From Eledone cirrhosa (lineage: Eukaryota), in contig OZ024746.1 in the NCBI GenBank assembly GCA_964016885.1, positions 97,712,001 through 97,776,000 of the forward strand: a stretch of DNA of 64,000 bases. The letters run 5' to 3'. The notes beneath the pieces were generated by a model. The model did not search any database. It saw only the letters and a program-made list of their open reading frames with translations, and was not told the origin of the DNA. A program made the translations under genes and the position numbers. Below, piece by piece: positions 37,353 to 50,094 of the stretch; the first letter of the stretch is position 1, and each line of letters starts with the position of its first letter.

Positions 37353-37693
37353 GGAGGCACATGGCTTAGTGGTTAGAGCATTGGCCTTGCAATCGAAAGG
37401 TTGTGAGTTCAATTCTCAGACCGGGTGATGTGTTGTTTCCTTGAGCAAGACACTTTATTTCACATTGCTCCAGTTTACTCAGCTGTAGAAATGAGATGAT
37501 AGAGACTGGGGTCCCTATCATTCCACTGCAAAGTGGTCGTGGAGGTGCCACGGCATAAAAGCACCCAGCACTCACTGTAAATGAGGTTGGCGTTAGGAAG
37601 GGCATCCAGCTGTAGAAATCAAGCCAGAATCAGTTCCCGTCCCACCCTTGCAAGCAGGGAAAAGTGGACGTAAAATGAAATGATGAAATGATG
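37353..37693 (+). mobile_element. SINE family B1, full length
   Basis: A-box TGGCTTAGTGG, B-box GAGTTCAATTC; tail CCCGTCCCACCCTTGCAAGCAGGGAAAAG.GGACGTAAAATGA matches the RTE 3' end. Confidence 0.9.
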
Positions 37694-37825
37694 ATATATA
37701 TATATATATATACACACATACACAATTGGCTTCTACAGTTTCTGTTTACCAATTTTACCTTCTTTCCATTACCTTTTCCACAGAAATGCTTAACACACAC
37801 ACATACATGTATATATATATATATA

Positions 37826-37893
<68 letters not shown>

Positions 37894-38195
37894 GATATAT
37901 ATATAGATATATAGAGATATGTTCGATATGTCTCATATGAAATAATACAGCCAATTTTCCACGCAATACATTTAGTTAGCACCCCGAACGCTTAATTAGG
38001 AATATACTCACTTATTTCCTAATGTTTGTTGAGTGAGTTGGAGTTTGGTCGGAGTATCGCTAAAAGCTTTCTCTGATAATGTATTTATTATATATATATA
38101 TATAAAGAATGAAACAGTTCTAGTCCTGTAGAATCTCATCTATATTAAAACTTTTATACTCTGCTATGTATTGAGTACCTTACTTACTGTGGTTA

Positions 38196-39993
38196 CTGAT
38201 GAAACGTGTGGTTGGAGCAGAGCTCCAACCAGACAGAGAGTGACCTGGTAGTGGAACAGTACAGTAGATAAGGCCATTAGAGACAAAAGACTAGCATCGA
38301 AGTCTTGGAAAAATGGTGGGAGTAGAGAAGGATATACAGCCGCTAAGAGAGAAGCTAGACGTCAGGTGTACTTAGCATGCAGGGAGGCTGAGAGTAGGAG
38401 GTTTGCCAATGTTCTGCGACGGGCAGATCAGAGGCGTGCAGTGTTCCACATTGCAAGGCAGTGTGTCAGTGCAAATCAGGATGTTGTTGGAGATAAATGT
38501 GTCCGGGATGATGCCGGTGTACTTAGTGTCACGAATGATCAGAAAAAGGAGGCCTGGAAATGTCATTATGAGAGACTGATGAATGTGGAGAACGATTGGG
38601 AGAGAGAGAAATTACCCTTAGTAGATCCGACAGAGGGACCAGCTATTGAGATTGACGAATATAGGGTCCAAGAGGCGATTAGGGAAATGAAAAATGGTAA
38701 GGCTGCTGGACCGTCTGGGACGTAGGCACTAAACTGGTCGTACGTATCATCAATCAGGCTATATATGGTGGTGTCATACTCAAAGACTGGTGCAGCAGTA
38801 TTCTCATAAATTGCTATAAAGGTAAAGGGGATGCTCTGAAGTGGAGCAATTATAGCAATTATAGTATAAAACTGATGGATCAGGTTATGAAAGTGGCAGA
38901 AAGGATATTAGCACAACTAATTAGAGAAAGGGTCAAACTAGATGAGATGCAGTTTGGTTTTGTGCCTGGAAAAAGTACAACAGATGCCCTCTTTTTGGTG
39001 AGACAATTGCAAGAGAGGTTCTTAGAGAAGAATAAGCCACTATACTTAGCCTTTGTTGACCTAGAGAAGGCCTTTGATAGGGTACACCGATCTGCCATCT
39101 GGTGGTCCCTAAGGAAACTAGGTGTTAAGGAATGGCTTGTGAGGACAGTGCAAACTTTGTGCAGATGTGCTGTCAGTAAAGTGAGGGTAGGAATGGAGTT
39201 TAGTGAGGAATTCCAGATACAAGTAGGAGTACATCAAGGTTCGGTTCTCAGCCCGCTCTTGTTCATTATAGTCCTTCAAGCCATAACAGAGGAGTTTAAG
39301 ACTGGTTGTCCATGGGAACTTCTCTATGCTGATGATCTGGTTCTTATAGCAGAATCAGTAGAGGAGCTAGAGAATAAATTCTGGCTATGGAAACAGCAGT
39401 TGGAAGCAAGAGGACTGAGAGTGAACCTAGCTAAGACAAAAGTGTTGATGAGTAGAAAAGAGGATGAAACCCTGATTCTGTCAAGGAAATGACCATGTTC
39501 GATATGCAGAAAAGGAACTGGCATAAATTCTATAAAATGCACACAATGGATAACTTCCGGTACCAAGGAGATCAGAATAGCATGGGAGGGGGTGTTCCGA
39601 GGTCATAGTATCTAGAATAAGGACAGGTTGGAAGAAGTTTAGGGAGCTGCTTCCTCTGCTGATGAAGAAGGGTTTCTCCCTGCGTACGAAGGGCCTGTTA
39701 TATTTTGCCTGTGTGAGGAGCGCAATGCTGCATAGAAGTGAGACATGGGCAGCAACTGCAGAGGATATGCGACGACTGGAGAGAAATGAGGCAAGCATGC
39801 TCCGTTGGATGTGCAATATCAATGTGCGTGAACGACCCAGCAAGGATGTGTTGAGAGAGAAACTGTGTCTGAGAGGGATAGAATGTAGTGTGTGAGAGAG
39901 GAGACTGCGGCGGTATGGACATGTGATGCATATGGAGGATGACCGATGGGTGAAGAAATGCCAGTTGAAGGAAGACGTGGTAGAAGTAGACCA
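38196..39993 (+). mobile_element. Decayed RTE LINE (linker plus RT)
   Basis: KAAGPSG, QFGFVPGKST, FVDLEKAFD, GVHQGSVLSP and YADD motifs; stops and deletions, including part of the PHD finger. Confidence 0.95.
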
Positions 39994-40445
39994 CTGGGAG
40001 TGAAGAACCCCTAGCCCTTGTCAGGGCATTCTACTAGGAGAAGGCATCTAAGGAAACTGAGTTAATTCCGACATAAAACCTGTGGCTCAGTAGATACTGA
40101 TGATGTTGATCTTTTCTTCTTTTCGGGTTATAGCTACTGTCGCTCAGAGAGTGGGATTGGCTCAGTGCACAGTCTTTCCTCACTTTAAAAATATTCTTCA
40201 CGCACAGGCATTGCACGATTGCATTAATTAATAATTATTAATAGTGGTATTATTATTGTTATTATTGTTATGACCATGTTTTAAAATGGAGGGGTAGAGA
40301 GGGCCAATGAGTGCAGTAAGACAACCTCTCTGGTGCTGGTGGCACGAATAAAAGCACCCAATCCATGCTGTAAAGTGGCACTGCAACAAATATATATCAC
40401 AATAACTGCATAAACAGCAATAGCATGATGACGATATACATATAT

Positions 40446-40487
<42 letters not shown>

Positions 40488-40577
40488 GTGTGTGTGTATG
40501 TGTTTATTTGTATATACAAAAAGAGATTGATAAAATAAGTATCTAACTTGAGAAAAATAAGTACTGAGGTTAATACA

Positions 40578-40744
40578 ATTATTTCTTCTTTTGGCACAAG
40601 GCCGGCAATTATCCCAGTGCATTACTGGTACTTTATTTTATCAACCTCGTAAGGATGAAAGGCAAAGTTAACCTTGGCGGGCCGTAACTCTTTGCTGCAA
40701 AGCCTGGCGTCCGACCCTCTACCGATACTGCCAATCCACCGCCC
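40578..40744 (-). mobile_element. SINE family A with internal deletion
   Basis: Matches the family; B-box region missing. Confidence 0.8.
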
Positions 40745-41180
40745 TTGTTCATTTAGTTCATTATATTAACTGAAGTTAATATAATGAACTAAACCACTTC
40801 AATGTGAGGCCCCAGAATGGCCACACTCTTACTGAAACAAGGGAAAAGAATAAAACAATACTTATAAGAAATATCATTTTCATCTGCTTAGACACTTTAA
40901 AAATATTTCGTTAGGATTGGCTTTTAATTGGATATTTGAATAATGATTAATTGGAGTTAAGATTTTTTTCTGATAAATATAATGACATAAAATCTAACAT
41001 TCAAGATTCAAAAATCAATTGACTTTAGTTTAAAAATGCAATCTATATAATTAATTAAATTAGTTAGTCGTAGCAATAAAAATCATCAAAATGAAAAAAA
41101 TGTTTTCCAAATATTTAAACAAATTATTAATTCTGGAATCGGTCAAACTGGACATTGCTTGGTCATAGAAATATTTTTAA

Positions 41181-41656
41181 CCCTTTAGCATTTAAACCAG
41201 ATATATCTGGCCAGAATTGTCTCACCTCTTTCTGTTCAAACCGGCTATAACTGGCTACTTATACTGATGTTAAGGTATTGTTCTCAAAATAAATAACATC
41301 AAAATCTCATAGAATTGATATTTTGTGAGATATGTGAGGTAATGCCTTTACTATGAAAATATAATAGTAAATATAATTGTTTCTACTTTTGGCACAAGGC
41401 CAGCAATTATCCAGTGTATTACTGGTACTTTATTTTATCAACCTCGTAAGGCAAAGTTAACCTCTGCAGGATTTGAACTCAGATCATAAAGGGAGGTAAC
41501 ACTATGCTTCAAAGCATGGCGTCTGATCCTCTACTGATACTGCCAATCCACCGCCCTTATAATATAATAGCTATGCGAGATATTATGTGAGATATTTGAG
41601 GTAAAGCCTTTACTGTGAAAATATAGTAAATATAGAGTAATGTAAATACTAAAGGG
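41181..41656. mobile_element. MITE-A interrupted by SINE-A (41374-41556) with internal duplication
   Basis: TTAA-CCCTTTAGCATTTA...TAAATACTAAAGGG-TTAA. Confidence 0.85.
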
Positions 41657-41741
41657 TTAAAGAATTTTCTAAAAAAATAATTTGCACTGACCATTAGTCT
41701 GTTGTCAGTCTACTCTCTCTGATGTGGAGTGGCACAGAATA

Positions 41742-41972
41742 GAGAGTGAAGTGGGAGGTGGGTAAAATAGGAGTGAAGTGGGTAAAATAGGAGTGAATTC
41801 GGAGGTGGATAAAGTAGGAGTGAAGTAGGAGGTGGATAAAGTAGGAGTGTAGTGGGAGGTGGATAAAGTAGGAGTGAAGTGGGAGGTGGGTAAAGTAGGA
41901 GTGAAGTGGGAGGTGGGTAAAGTAGGAGTCAAGTGTGTGTGTTTGGGGGAGGGGGTAAAGTAGGAGTGAAGT
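41742..41972 (+). repeat. G-rich ~27-bp minisatellite
   Basis: GGGAGGTGG(A/G)TAAAGTAGGAGTGAAGT units. Confidence 0.8.
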
Positions 41973-42469
41973 AACTTCAAGTGAACTTTGATCAAAGTGC
42001 GAGTATGGAGTGAGTGTGAATGATGGAACTAGTGAATGAATAAGTACTTTAGAGTTCGATATATTTCTTTATTTGCCACAAGGGTGCACAAGAAAAAGGG
42101 GACAAAACAAAGATACATGCCGGGCATTTTACATACAATCGTGTAAAAATATTGAAACAAACAAATTAAACAATCGAAATCCCCAATAGGGGGGAGGCAC
42201 CACAAATTGATTGTTTAATACCCCATCGATAGAACAACGCTCAACTTCAGGAGCGTGTTGTGCAGGTGCTCCTTCCTTCCTTTTGCTCTCTTCTTCAATC
42301 TACAGGTTTATATACAGAGAAAAGCCATAATGCATGGTTTAACAGTGAGCATATGTATTTAAACCCCCTATTGTTGTCTTATCAAGTGGATGATCTTCTC
42401 TCTCTTTCACTCACTGCCTCCGTCTCTCTCGCTCTCCCTATCTCTCACTTATATAAGTAAATGGGAGCC

Positions 42470-42600
42470 CATGTGCTGGCTGCCCCACAGTCCTGGTGGA
42501 CAGAATAGAGAAGGTGTTTTCCCAGAGGATGGTGAGGGAGACGTGTTGGAAGAGCCATTCCAGCTCATGAGGCTCACAACAGTAACAGTGGAATTTGGCC
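42470..42600 (-). mobile_element. CRE-clade 3' fragment (older)
   Basis: EPHELEWLFQHVSLTILWENTFSILS. Confidence 0.65.
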
Positions 42601-42824
42601 TCAGAATACACAGAGCCAGAAAAGATCATCCAAAGCATCCCATCAAACTCTTTTAGTGATTCTACCAAATTCCACATCACCAGACTGATCCTTTATTAAC
42701 CTCAAGAAGATGAATGGCAAAGTTGATCTTGGTGGGAATTTGAACTCAGACTATCTTGTATGGTCCAATGGATTCACTATTTTTTTATCTTCTTGATTAC
42801 TTCTATAACCCTATGTCAATGTCC

Positions 42825-43328
42825 ATAGCTGATCCTTTGGTTGGATCGGTTGAGGGTAGTCTTCTCCTCTCAGTCATTCTCCACATACATCAGCTTTTCT
42901 TATTAACATTTCCAGGCCTCTTTCTTTTGAGCATCAACAATGATAAGCGCACCAGTGTCATTTCAAACACACTTTCCTCAGTGTCCTGATTATCACAGAC
43001 ACATGACTGATTCTTATGTCGCAGGACAATGAAAAACATCATGCTTTTAGCCTCCTTGCATTCTATGAACACCTATCATTTAACTTATTTTTAAACTATC
43101 TGGTATAATCTTTGTTGCTTCCATTTTGAAGTTCTTCCATGCTTGTCTTTTAGATTTAACTGCACTATCCATGGTTCTGTTCCAACACCAGGTCTTCTGC
43201 CTGGCTCGGGCTTTGCTCCAACCACAAGACTCATCAATAGACTGTAGTAGATTGTCATGTAGGAAATTGTTCTTTGTTTCATATGTATCTAGCTCCCTTC
43301 CCTTTTCCATATGTACACTTTTCCACAC
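42825..43328 (-). mobile_element. Old RTE LINE linker-region fragment
   Basis: DESCGWSK...TWCWNRTMDSAVKSKRQAWK, homologous to 38196-38640. Confidence 0.7.
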
Positions 43329-43392
43329 TATATATATATATATATATATCAATGATATTAATAAATGGAAACTATATTTATAAAACCATATT

Positions 43393-43453
43393 TATTCTAT
43401 TATATATATTTCAAGGGTACCAAAACTTTGGTACATTCTCATCAGATAAAATA
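43393..43453 (-). ncRNA. Type I hammerhead ribozyme (left arm of inverted element)
   Basis: Minus strand: TATTTTAT-CTGATGA-GAATGTACCAAAGTTTTGGTACCCTT-GAAA-TATATA-TA-ATAGAATA. Confidence 0.65.
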
Positions 43454-43577
43454 CAAAGTTTGTTTTATAAATATTGACATACCCAAGAATGAGACTTTAA
43501 CAGTTCAAGTTTTACCTGGATAGTGAATCGTTAAGGTATCATTCCTGGATATGTCAATATTTATAAAACAAACTTTG

Positions 43578-43638
43578 TATTTTATCTGATGAGAGCGTAC
43601 CAAAGTTTTGGTACCCTTGAAATATATATAATAGAATA
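43578..43638 (+). ncRNA. Type I hammerhead ribozyme (right arm of inverted element)
   Basis: TATTTTAT-CTGATGA-GAGCGTACCAAAGTTTTGGTACCCTT-GAAA-TATATA-TA-ATAGAATA; predicted cleavage after 43630. Confidence 0.78.
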
Positions 43639-43751
43639 AATATGGTTTTATAAATATAGTTTCCATTTATTAATATCATTGATATTATACTCCAGATAAT
43701 CTGTTATAAATATATTTGTTGGATTACCAACAAATTAAATATCCCTTTGCT

Positions 43752-43840
<89 letters not shown>

Positions 43841-44080
43841 TTGCAGCATAGGTACAAACTTTATTTGCATAGTACAATTGTTTCTATATCGATCAGCTCA
43901 GGGTACAATCAAGGTAACGGAGCCCGACTCTTTTTCAACATCTCATCTGATATGCGAGTTTATATGTGCAAAGATGTAAAACTGGAACACAACCTAAATT
44001 AAATGGGCCTCATAACAGCATCGAGTGTTTCAAACGGTGCACCACCTTTAACAGGTTTTGCACATATATATATATACACA

Positions 44081-44119
<39 letters not shown>

Positions 44120-44608
44120 TAAAATAACAGATTAAAGTTTAAGCAAAGAATCGCTGCTTTCACCCTTAACGGGATCTTCTGAAACTAAAAAAGTCAATCT
44201 GTGAACGCAGAAGTAAATATTTCAAAAACGTTGCAATCGGAGGAAGACAGGAAGACAATACACACTCATATATATATATATATACACACACACTCATATA
44301 TACATTATATATATAATCAACTAAACATTTTGAAAAGTATCTTTTTAGAAAAGATAATTTTTTTTTTTTTTCACAAGTTTCTTCTATTTCACAAAATACA
44401 TTGTTTAGAAACAAAAATACTGTAATGGCAATTTTAACATTTTATCATTCATAATACCATACTATGAACAAATTGTAGACGAATGTCTGTTAAATTATGT
44501 GACTAAATACGCGCATGTGCATGTTTGTTTCTCTGTGTATGTATACAAAAAGACACCCATATTTCCACACTAGCAAATGCAAATAAAATTCATATTCCAC
44601 CTATGCAC

Positions 44609-44647
<39 letters not shown>

Positions 44648-45644
44648 AATAAAGAAATTATGAAGCTTCTGTTAAATTTCTTTCCATTATTACTGTTATT
44701 ATTATTTTCCATTAGTATCTTAGTCAACCATTTTCTTAAATAGAAATAAATGGCTCTATTTTTAGGTTTCTTCAAAAATGACAAGTCAAATGATATTGTT
44801 TCCTTTATAATCTGTGACAGTAACTCTCATCAGCCCAAGATCGTTTCATATGTGTTAGTTTTACTTTAAAATTATAAATACATTTTAAAAACTATTTAAT
44901 GCATAATTACCAGAAAGAAGGGTGGTGGAATGATTAAAACAGTAGAGACAACAATAATAACTAACTCTTTGGGGCCATGACATTATAGAGTCTTTTTAGG
45001 GTAATGTTTATGATTAGAGCTAATCGATTCATTCAACTCGTTCGATACACTGGAATATTGAGTACTTAAATCTCTGCTCCCAAACAAACAAGTCTATCCA
45101 ATCGATTTTGAAGTCTCTCATAGGGTTACTCCCTTTATAATGGAGTTTTAAATCCGAAAATATTTGGGATTATCAAATTTGCTAAGGTAATATTTTTTTG
45201 TTATCTTGGCAATTTAACCTTCTGCACACGCATTGTTTTGGTCTTCAAAATTTGAATTTGTGTTTCCTATTAAACAATGCTTGAATCAAGCTACAAAACT
45301 CTGTTATTGTGTATTTAATCTAAACCAAATAAACATAGATTAAATATCTCTTCCTCCTTCTCTGACCATTCTTCAGATCTTATGAGGTTATATTTTAACC
45401 TAGCTTTTGCTATTTATGCATCGCAGCTGGCTGTTTTCACAGCTACTTCTGCATTTGAGATTCCTACAATTTTGTGATATTTCTTATACACTCATTGTTC
45501 CAATCCTTTTCAATTATGTTTACATACATAAATATCTCATATTTAATTGCCTTTCTACATTCTAAAACCAAATCCTGTTCTGAAGAAATTTACTTTTAAC
45601 TTCTTATTTTTCTCTCTTTTTTTTGGAGGGCTGCTATTTCTACA

Positions 45645-45870
45645 AATTGAGAGAACACAGCTCCAATACTATGGGCATGTGGTTAAAATGTCTCAGGAAA
45701 GAATCGCTGGACAGATTTTACAGACAAAACCAGCCAGCAAGATACCCAGAGGTAGACCCTGAGTAAGATTTTGGATCCAGCTGGATCAGTTGGAGATGGT
45801 TGCTTCTGGCAGGACCTGCTGGAAGGAGTATTTGAGGACTCTCCTCCTGTGACAAGAAAAAGAAGATGAA
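45645..45870 (+). mobile_element. Expander/Rex3-like RTE 3' fragment
   Basis: IERTQLQYYGHVVKMSQERIAGQILQTKPASKIPRGRP. Confidence 0.75.
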
Positions 45871-47537
45871 GATAAAGAAGAAGAAGTTCAATAATTTCTT
45901 TTATTTTAAGGCCGCATGAATTTGCACCTAGAAAGTTTCTGTCCAAGTTTGGGAATGATATTTTGTGGAAGACCAGCAGCCATCCACACATGCATGCAAG
46001 GTTCTCCTCTCCTTGACTGTCATATTTTTCCAAGGGAAAGGCAAAAGCTAATGCAGCTTGGCACCAGTGTTGAAGGAACTGCGGCAACATTAAATAAAGC
46101 ACTTTGATAAATCACACAATGTGACCTTACAAAGATCTTAATAATGGTGTACTTGACCACTGCATTTATATGTTAAGTGTATATGCAAATGAGTATATTC
46201 TTTTACTGGTTTCAATCATTAGATTGTGACTATGCCTAGATTTGAAAACTTTTACTGTTTTCAAATCACGTACTTATTTAGTTAGTCTCTTTTTGTCAAA
46301 GTATCTAATTTATGTGACATATACAAACAAGTTATACATTTTAAATTTAAAAAATCTAACTCTCCTAAAACTAAAAAGCCTAGCAAAGGGCACAAATAAA
46401 GTGCTCCAACCATCGCTAGTTGGGCTGGAGCCCAGGGCAATTGCCCTCTTTGTCTCCCATTAAATCCAACCCTGCACACACACATACCGACACACAAATA
46501 TACAGACTTCGACATAGTGAAATTTGGTAAATGAAAACTAACAAGATATCATACAGAGGTACAGAACCAATATCATGAGATTGCCAAATGAACTTAACCA
46601 CAGCCATGCCTGTACCTATATGACAAAGGAACAATACTATATATATATGGAGGAAACAGTGATAATCAGTGAAGATGTCACAGAAAAATGTGTGATAAAA
46701 GAACTTTGAGAAATTATATTTGCATTTATATTTTTTAACTGTTGGTCAATCAATGATAAATATTGATTGCCAGCTAAATTATTTATATAAAAATATACTG
46801 AAGTGAAAACCAAACCAAACAGTGAGTGTGTTTTATTATTATTTTTGGCAATATTAGGACAACATGACCTTCCCCAAATATAATATTTTTATCTTAACAT
46901 CTAATATTCCACACTGTTCAGCTAAACAGAAGAGATAAAAGTAATCTATGTAAGAATAGTGTTTAATGTCCATTTGTGATATTTCTAATGAAACACACTG
47001 TATATGTGTTTCAATAAGTATTGAAAATAATTACATCTCTGTTCAAACCAGTTGTAACCGGCTGCTCATACTGATGTTAAGGTATTCTTCTCCAAATAAA
47101 TATCAAAATCTCATAGATTCAATATTATGTGAAATAATTATGTGAGCCTTTACCATGAAAATATAATTGCAAATATAGAGAAATGTAAATGCTAAAAGGT
47201 TTAATTGAAAAGTTTGTATCATAAGATTAGAATTGGTTTCAGGCAGGTTGGTATCATAAGTCTTAATATCCATTTTAATTTCTGTCTACACAATTTCAGT
47301 CACAAACATATGTTGTCCTGAGACTATGGTAAACATACATGCTCAAAATGTCATGCAGTAAGATCAAATCCAGGACCACGTGATTGCTAAGTAAAACTTT
47401 TTATCAACTCAGACATAAATAGTAAGATTATAGGAATCCTAAGAAAAGGTTTGCAGGATGCAACAGGTATACCTAAGAATGGTAAACTATTGATGAAGGA
47501 ATGAGCTCCAAATCAATCACATTCTTCTATAACTTAA

Positions 47538-47698
47538 CCCTTTAGTATTTACAATACACTATATTTACTATTACATTTTCATGGTAAAAGCTTTACTTCA
47601 CATAATATCAATTCTATGAGATTTTGATACTTATTTTGAGAACAATACCTTAATAGCAGTATGAGCAGCCAGTTATGGCCAGTTTAAATGCTAAAGGG
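47538..47698. mobile_element. MITE-A, internally deleted
   Basis: TTAA-CCC...GGG-TTAA. Confidence 0.8.
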
Positions 47699-48031
47699 TT
47701 AATGAGGGTGACATATTAATATGGAGAGGTGACCAGATAATTTGCTACTGAAACTGTAGACTTAAAATATAAACTGTGACTGTTAAAGTCAAATATCACT
47801 TAGTAGTATACATCATGTTTGTACCATAGTTTTAGGTACTCATGTCTTCTTCTTCTACTCCTCCTTCCTAAGGGTGTCATTGGGGCAGAGTCCTCAAACA
47901 CTTCTTCCATAAATAGTAAGATTATAGGAATCATAAGAAAAGGTTTGAAAGATGCAACAGGTATACGTAAGAATGGTAAACTATTGATGAAGGAATGAGC
48001 ACCAAATCAATCAATTTCTTATAGAACTTAA

Positions 48032-48445
48032 CCCTTTAGTATTTACATTACTCAATATTTACTATTATATTTTCATGGTAAAAGCTTTACTGCACATAAT
48101 ATCAATTCTATGAGATTTTGATATTTATTTTGAGAACATACCTTAACATCAGAATGAGCAGCCAGTTACAGCCGGTTTGAACAGAATGAGGTGAGATAAT
48201 TCTGGCTGGATACATCTGGTTTAACCCTTTAGCATTTACATTACTCTGTTTATACTATTGTATTTTTGTGGTAAATACATTAACTCACATAATTATCTCA
48301 CATAATATCGAATCTATGAGAATTTGATATCATTTATGTTGAGAACAATATCTTAACCTCAGTATGAGCGGTCAGTTACAGCCGGTTTGAACAGAAAGAG
48401 GTGAGAGAATTCTGGCCGGATACAGCTGATTTAAATGCTAAAGGG
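48032..48445. mobile_element. Two tandem MITE-A copies; 48225-48445 is complete (221 bp)
   Basis: TIR CCCTTTAGCATTTA / TAAATGCTAAAGGG with TTAA on both sides. Confidence 0.9.
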
Positions 48446-49300
48446 TTAAGTGGATAAGTGAAAAGCAGGGCATATGAGAATGTGAGAGACTGTGCAAGTG
48501 CAGTAGAAATATCATCCTACACTTAAATTTCCTCCTACAACTCTGTACTCAATCACTAATATATTTCTGTCTGTTCTAATGTTATATAACTTGCAACAGT
48601 AATTTTTCTAATTTACTTCTCTTGGGATATCAGATATTTCAGTTAGTTTTTTCTATTTACACTTTGTAAGAACAAGTTTCTTATTCTTTCCTTTTTTTTT
48701 CTTTGTTTGGTTTGGTTTTCAATATTTTACTGTTGTATCTTAGTGAAGAGATGGAAATAAATTTATTGAATTTCTTTGGTGTCATTTAGTTCATATTTTG
48801 AAAAGTTACCAAATAAATTTAGGTAAAAAAAATTAAAACATCTTTATTTTGAAATTGGAAATGTTTTTAATATCCATTGACCTTTTGGAAAATATAGACT
48901 TCAAAATTCTTCTCAGTAGCTATAATGCATAATATAGCTGTAATGCATAATACTGCTTCATATTGCACTGAATTTATGTGAGAGAAAGAGAATGAATGTG
49001 ATTAATGCATATTTATACGTGTGTGTGAATAAATGTGCATCTGTATATGGGATATGCATGCATACACATATTAAGTCAAGGTAGGGAATGATTAATGCAT
49101 GTGTGCATGTATGTGTGAATTAAAGTGTATGCATATGGAAGATATGCATGCATGCACACTTTAAGTCAACATACAGGATGTGATAATGTATGTGTAAACA
49201 TATCGGTGTATGTGTATGTGTATGAACCATATGCATCTATACACACATTAAGTTAATATAGAGGATTGGATAATGCATGTATGTGTAAATATATTAGTGA

Positions 49301-49360
<60 letters not shown>

Positions 49361-49715
49361 TATGACAAGCATTTCCTTTCATTATTTTAAAACATGTTTC
49401 TAATTAATTTTTTTTTTAATTCTATTTTCCCTACCTTGTATGCAATTATTTAATATTCTATTTTACTTAATACATTTAAAATAAAGTTTCCAATTTGTAT
49501 TCTAAAACTGGGATCATTAAAATATAACCCTGCAGGCCAAATCTAGCCCATGGACTTCACTGAATATCTGATGCTACACACAAACATTCTGTGCTTTCCT
49601 TATCAATCTTTGGTTAGAAAATCGACATTGAATATTTTAAGAAAATATTTTATTTTGAAGTGGCCTAAAATGAATGGTTTGTATTAACTCTTAACATTCT
49701 GTAATGACGGTAATG

Positions 49716-49938
49716 AATTTGTTTTGGAAGGTTTTTGATATGAAATCGTGTGTTGAAACAAATATTGTTATATTTGGGGAGAGTCATGTTGTTATAATTT
49801 TGCCAGAAATATATAATAAAACACACTCACTGTTTCATTCGGGTTGTTTAATCGAAAAACAACCCAAACCAAGCAGTGAGTGTGTTTTATTATATATTTC
49901 TAGCAATATTATAACATGACCCTCCCCAAAGATAACAA
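49716..49938. repeat. Fold-back copy of the 7.0 kb / 46.7 kb repeat family
   Basis: ...ATAAAACACACTCACTG..GGGTTGTTT / AAACAACCC..CAGTGAGTGTGTTTTAT... arms about 80-90 bp. Confidence 0.8.
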
Positions 49939-50094
49939 AATTCTGTAATGATTTAGCAGAAAATATTTCTAAATGGATTCATCAATTCAAATGTTTATAG
50001 TGTCTTTACTAGTAGACAGAATATTATGAAAATTTGCAATATTAGAATAAAGGCTTCAAGTTTTAATATGATACAGTTATAATGATGTTTTGTA

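Noticed and set aside
37353-37425. tRNA gene
   Set aside because: tRNA-like head continues into SINE body in multiple copies; acceptor stem does not close
38196-38205. CTGATGAAAC motif
   Set aside because: Part of RTE coding sequence (TDETCGW); no stem II
41742-41972. Telomeric repeat or G-quadruplex
   Set aside because: Not TTAGGG; G-runs mostly 2-3 nt with long spacers, so it is treated as an ordinary minisatellite
44790-44855. Minus-strand GAAACGATC..CTGATGA..GAAA hammerhead-like motifs
   Set aside because: Stems I and II cannot be formed in any topology
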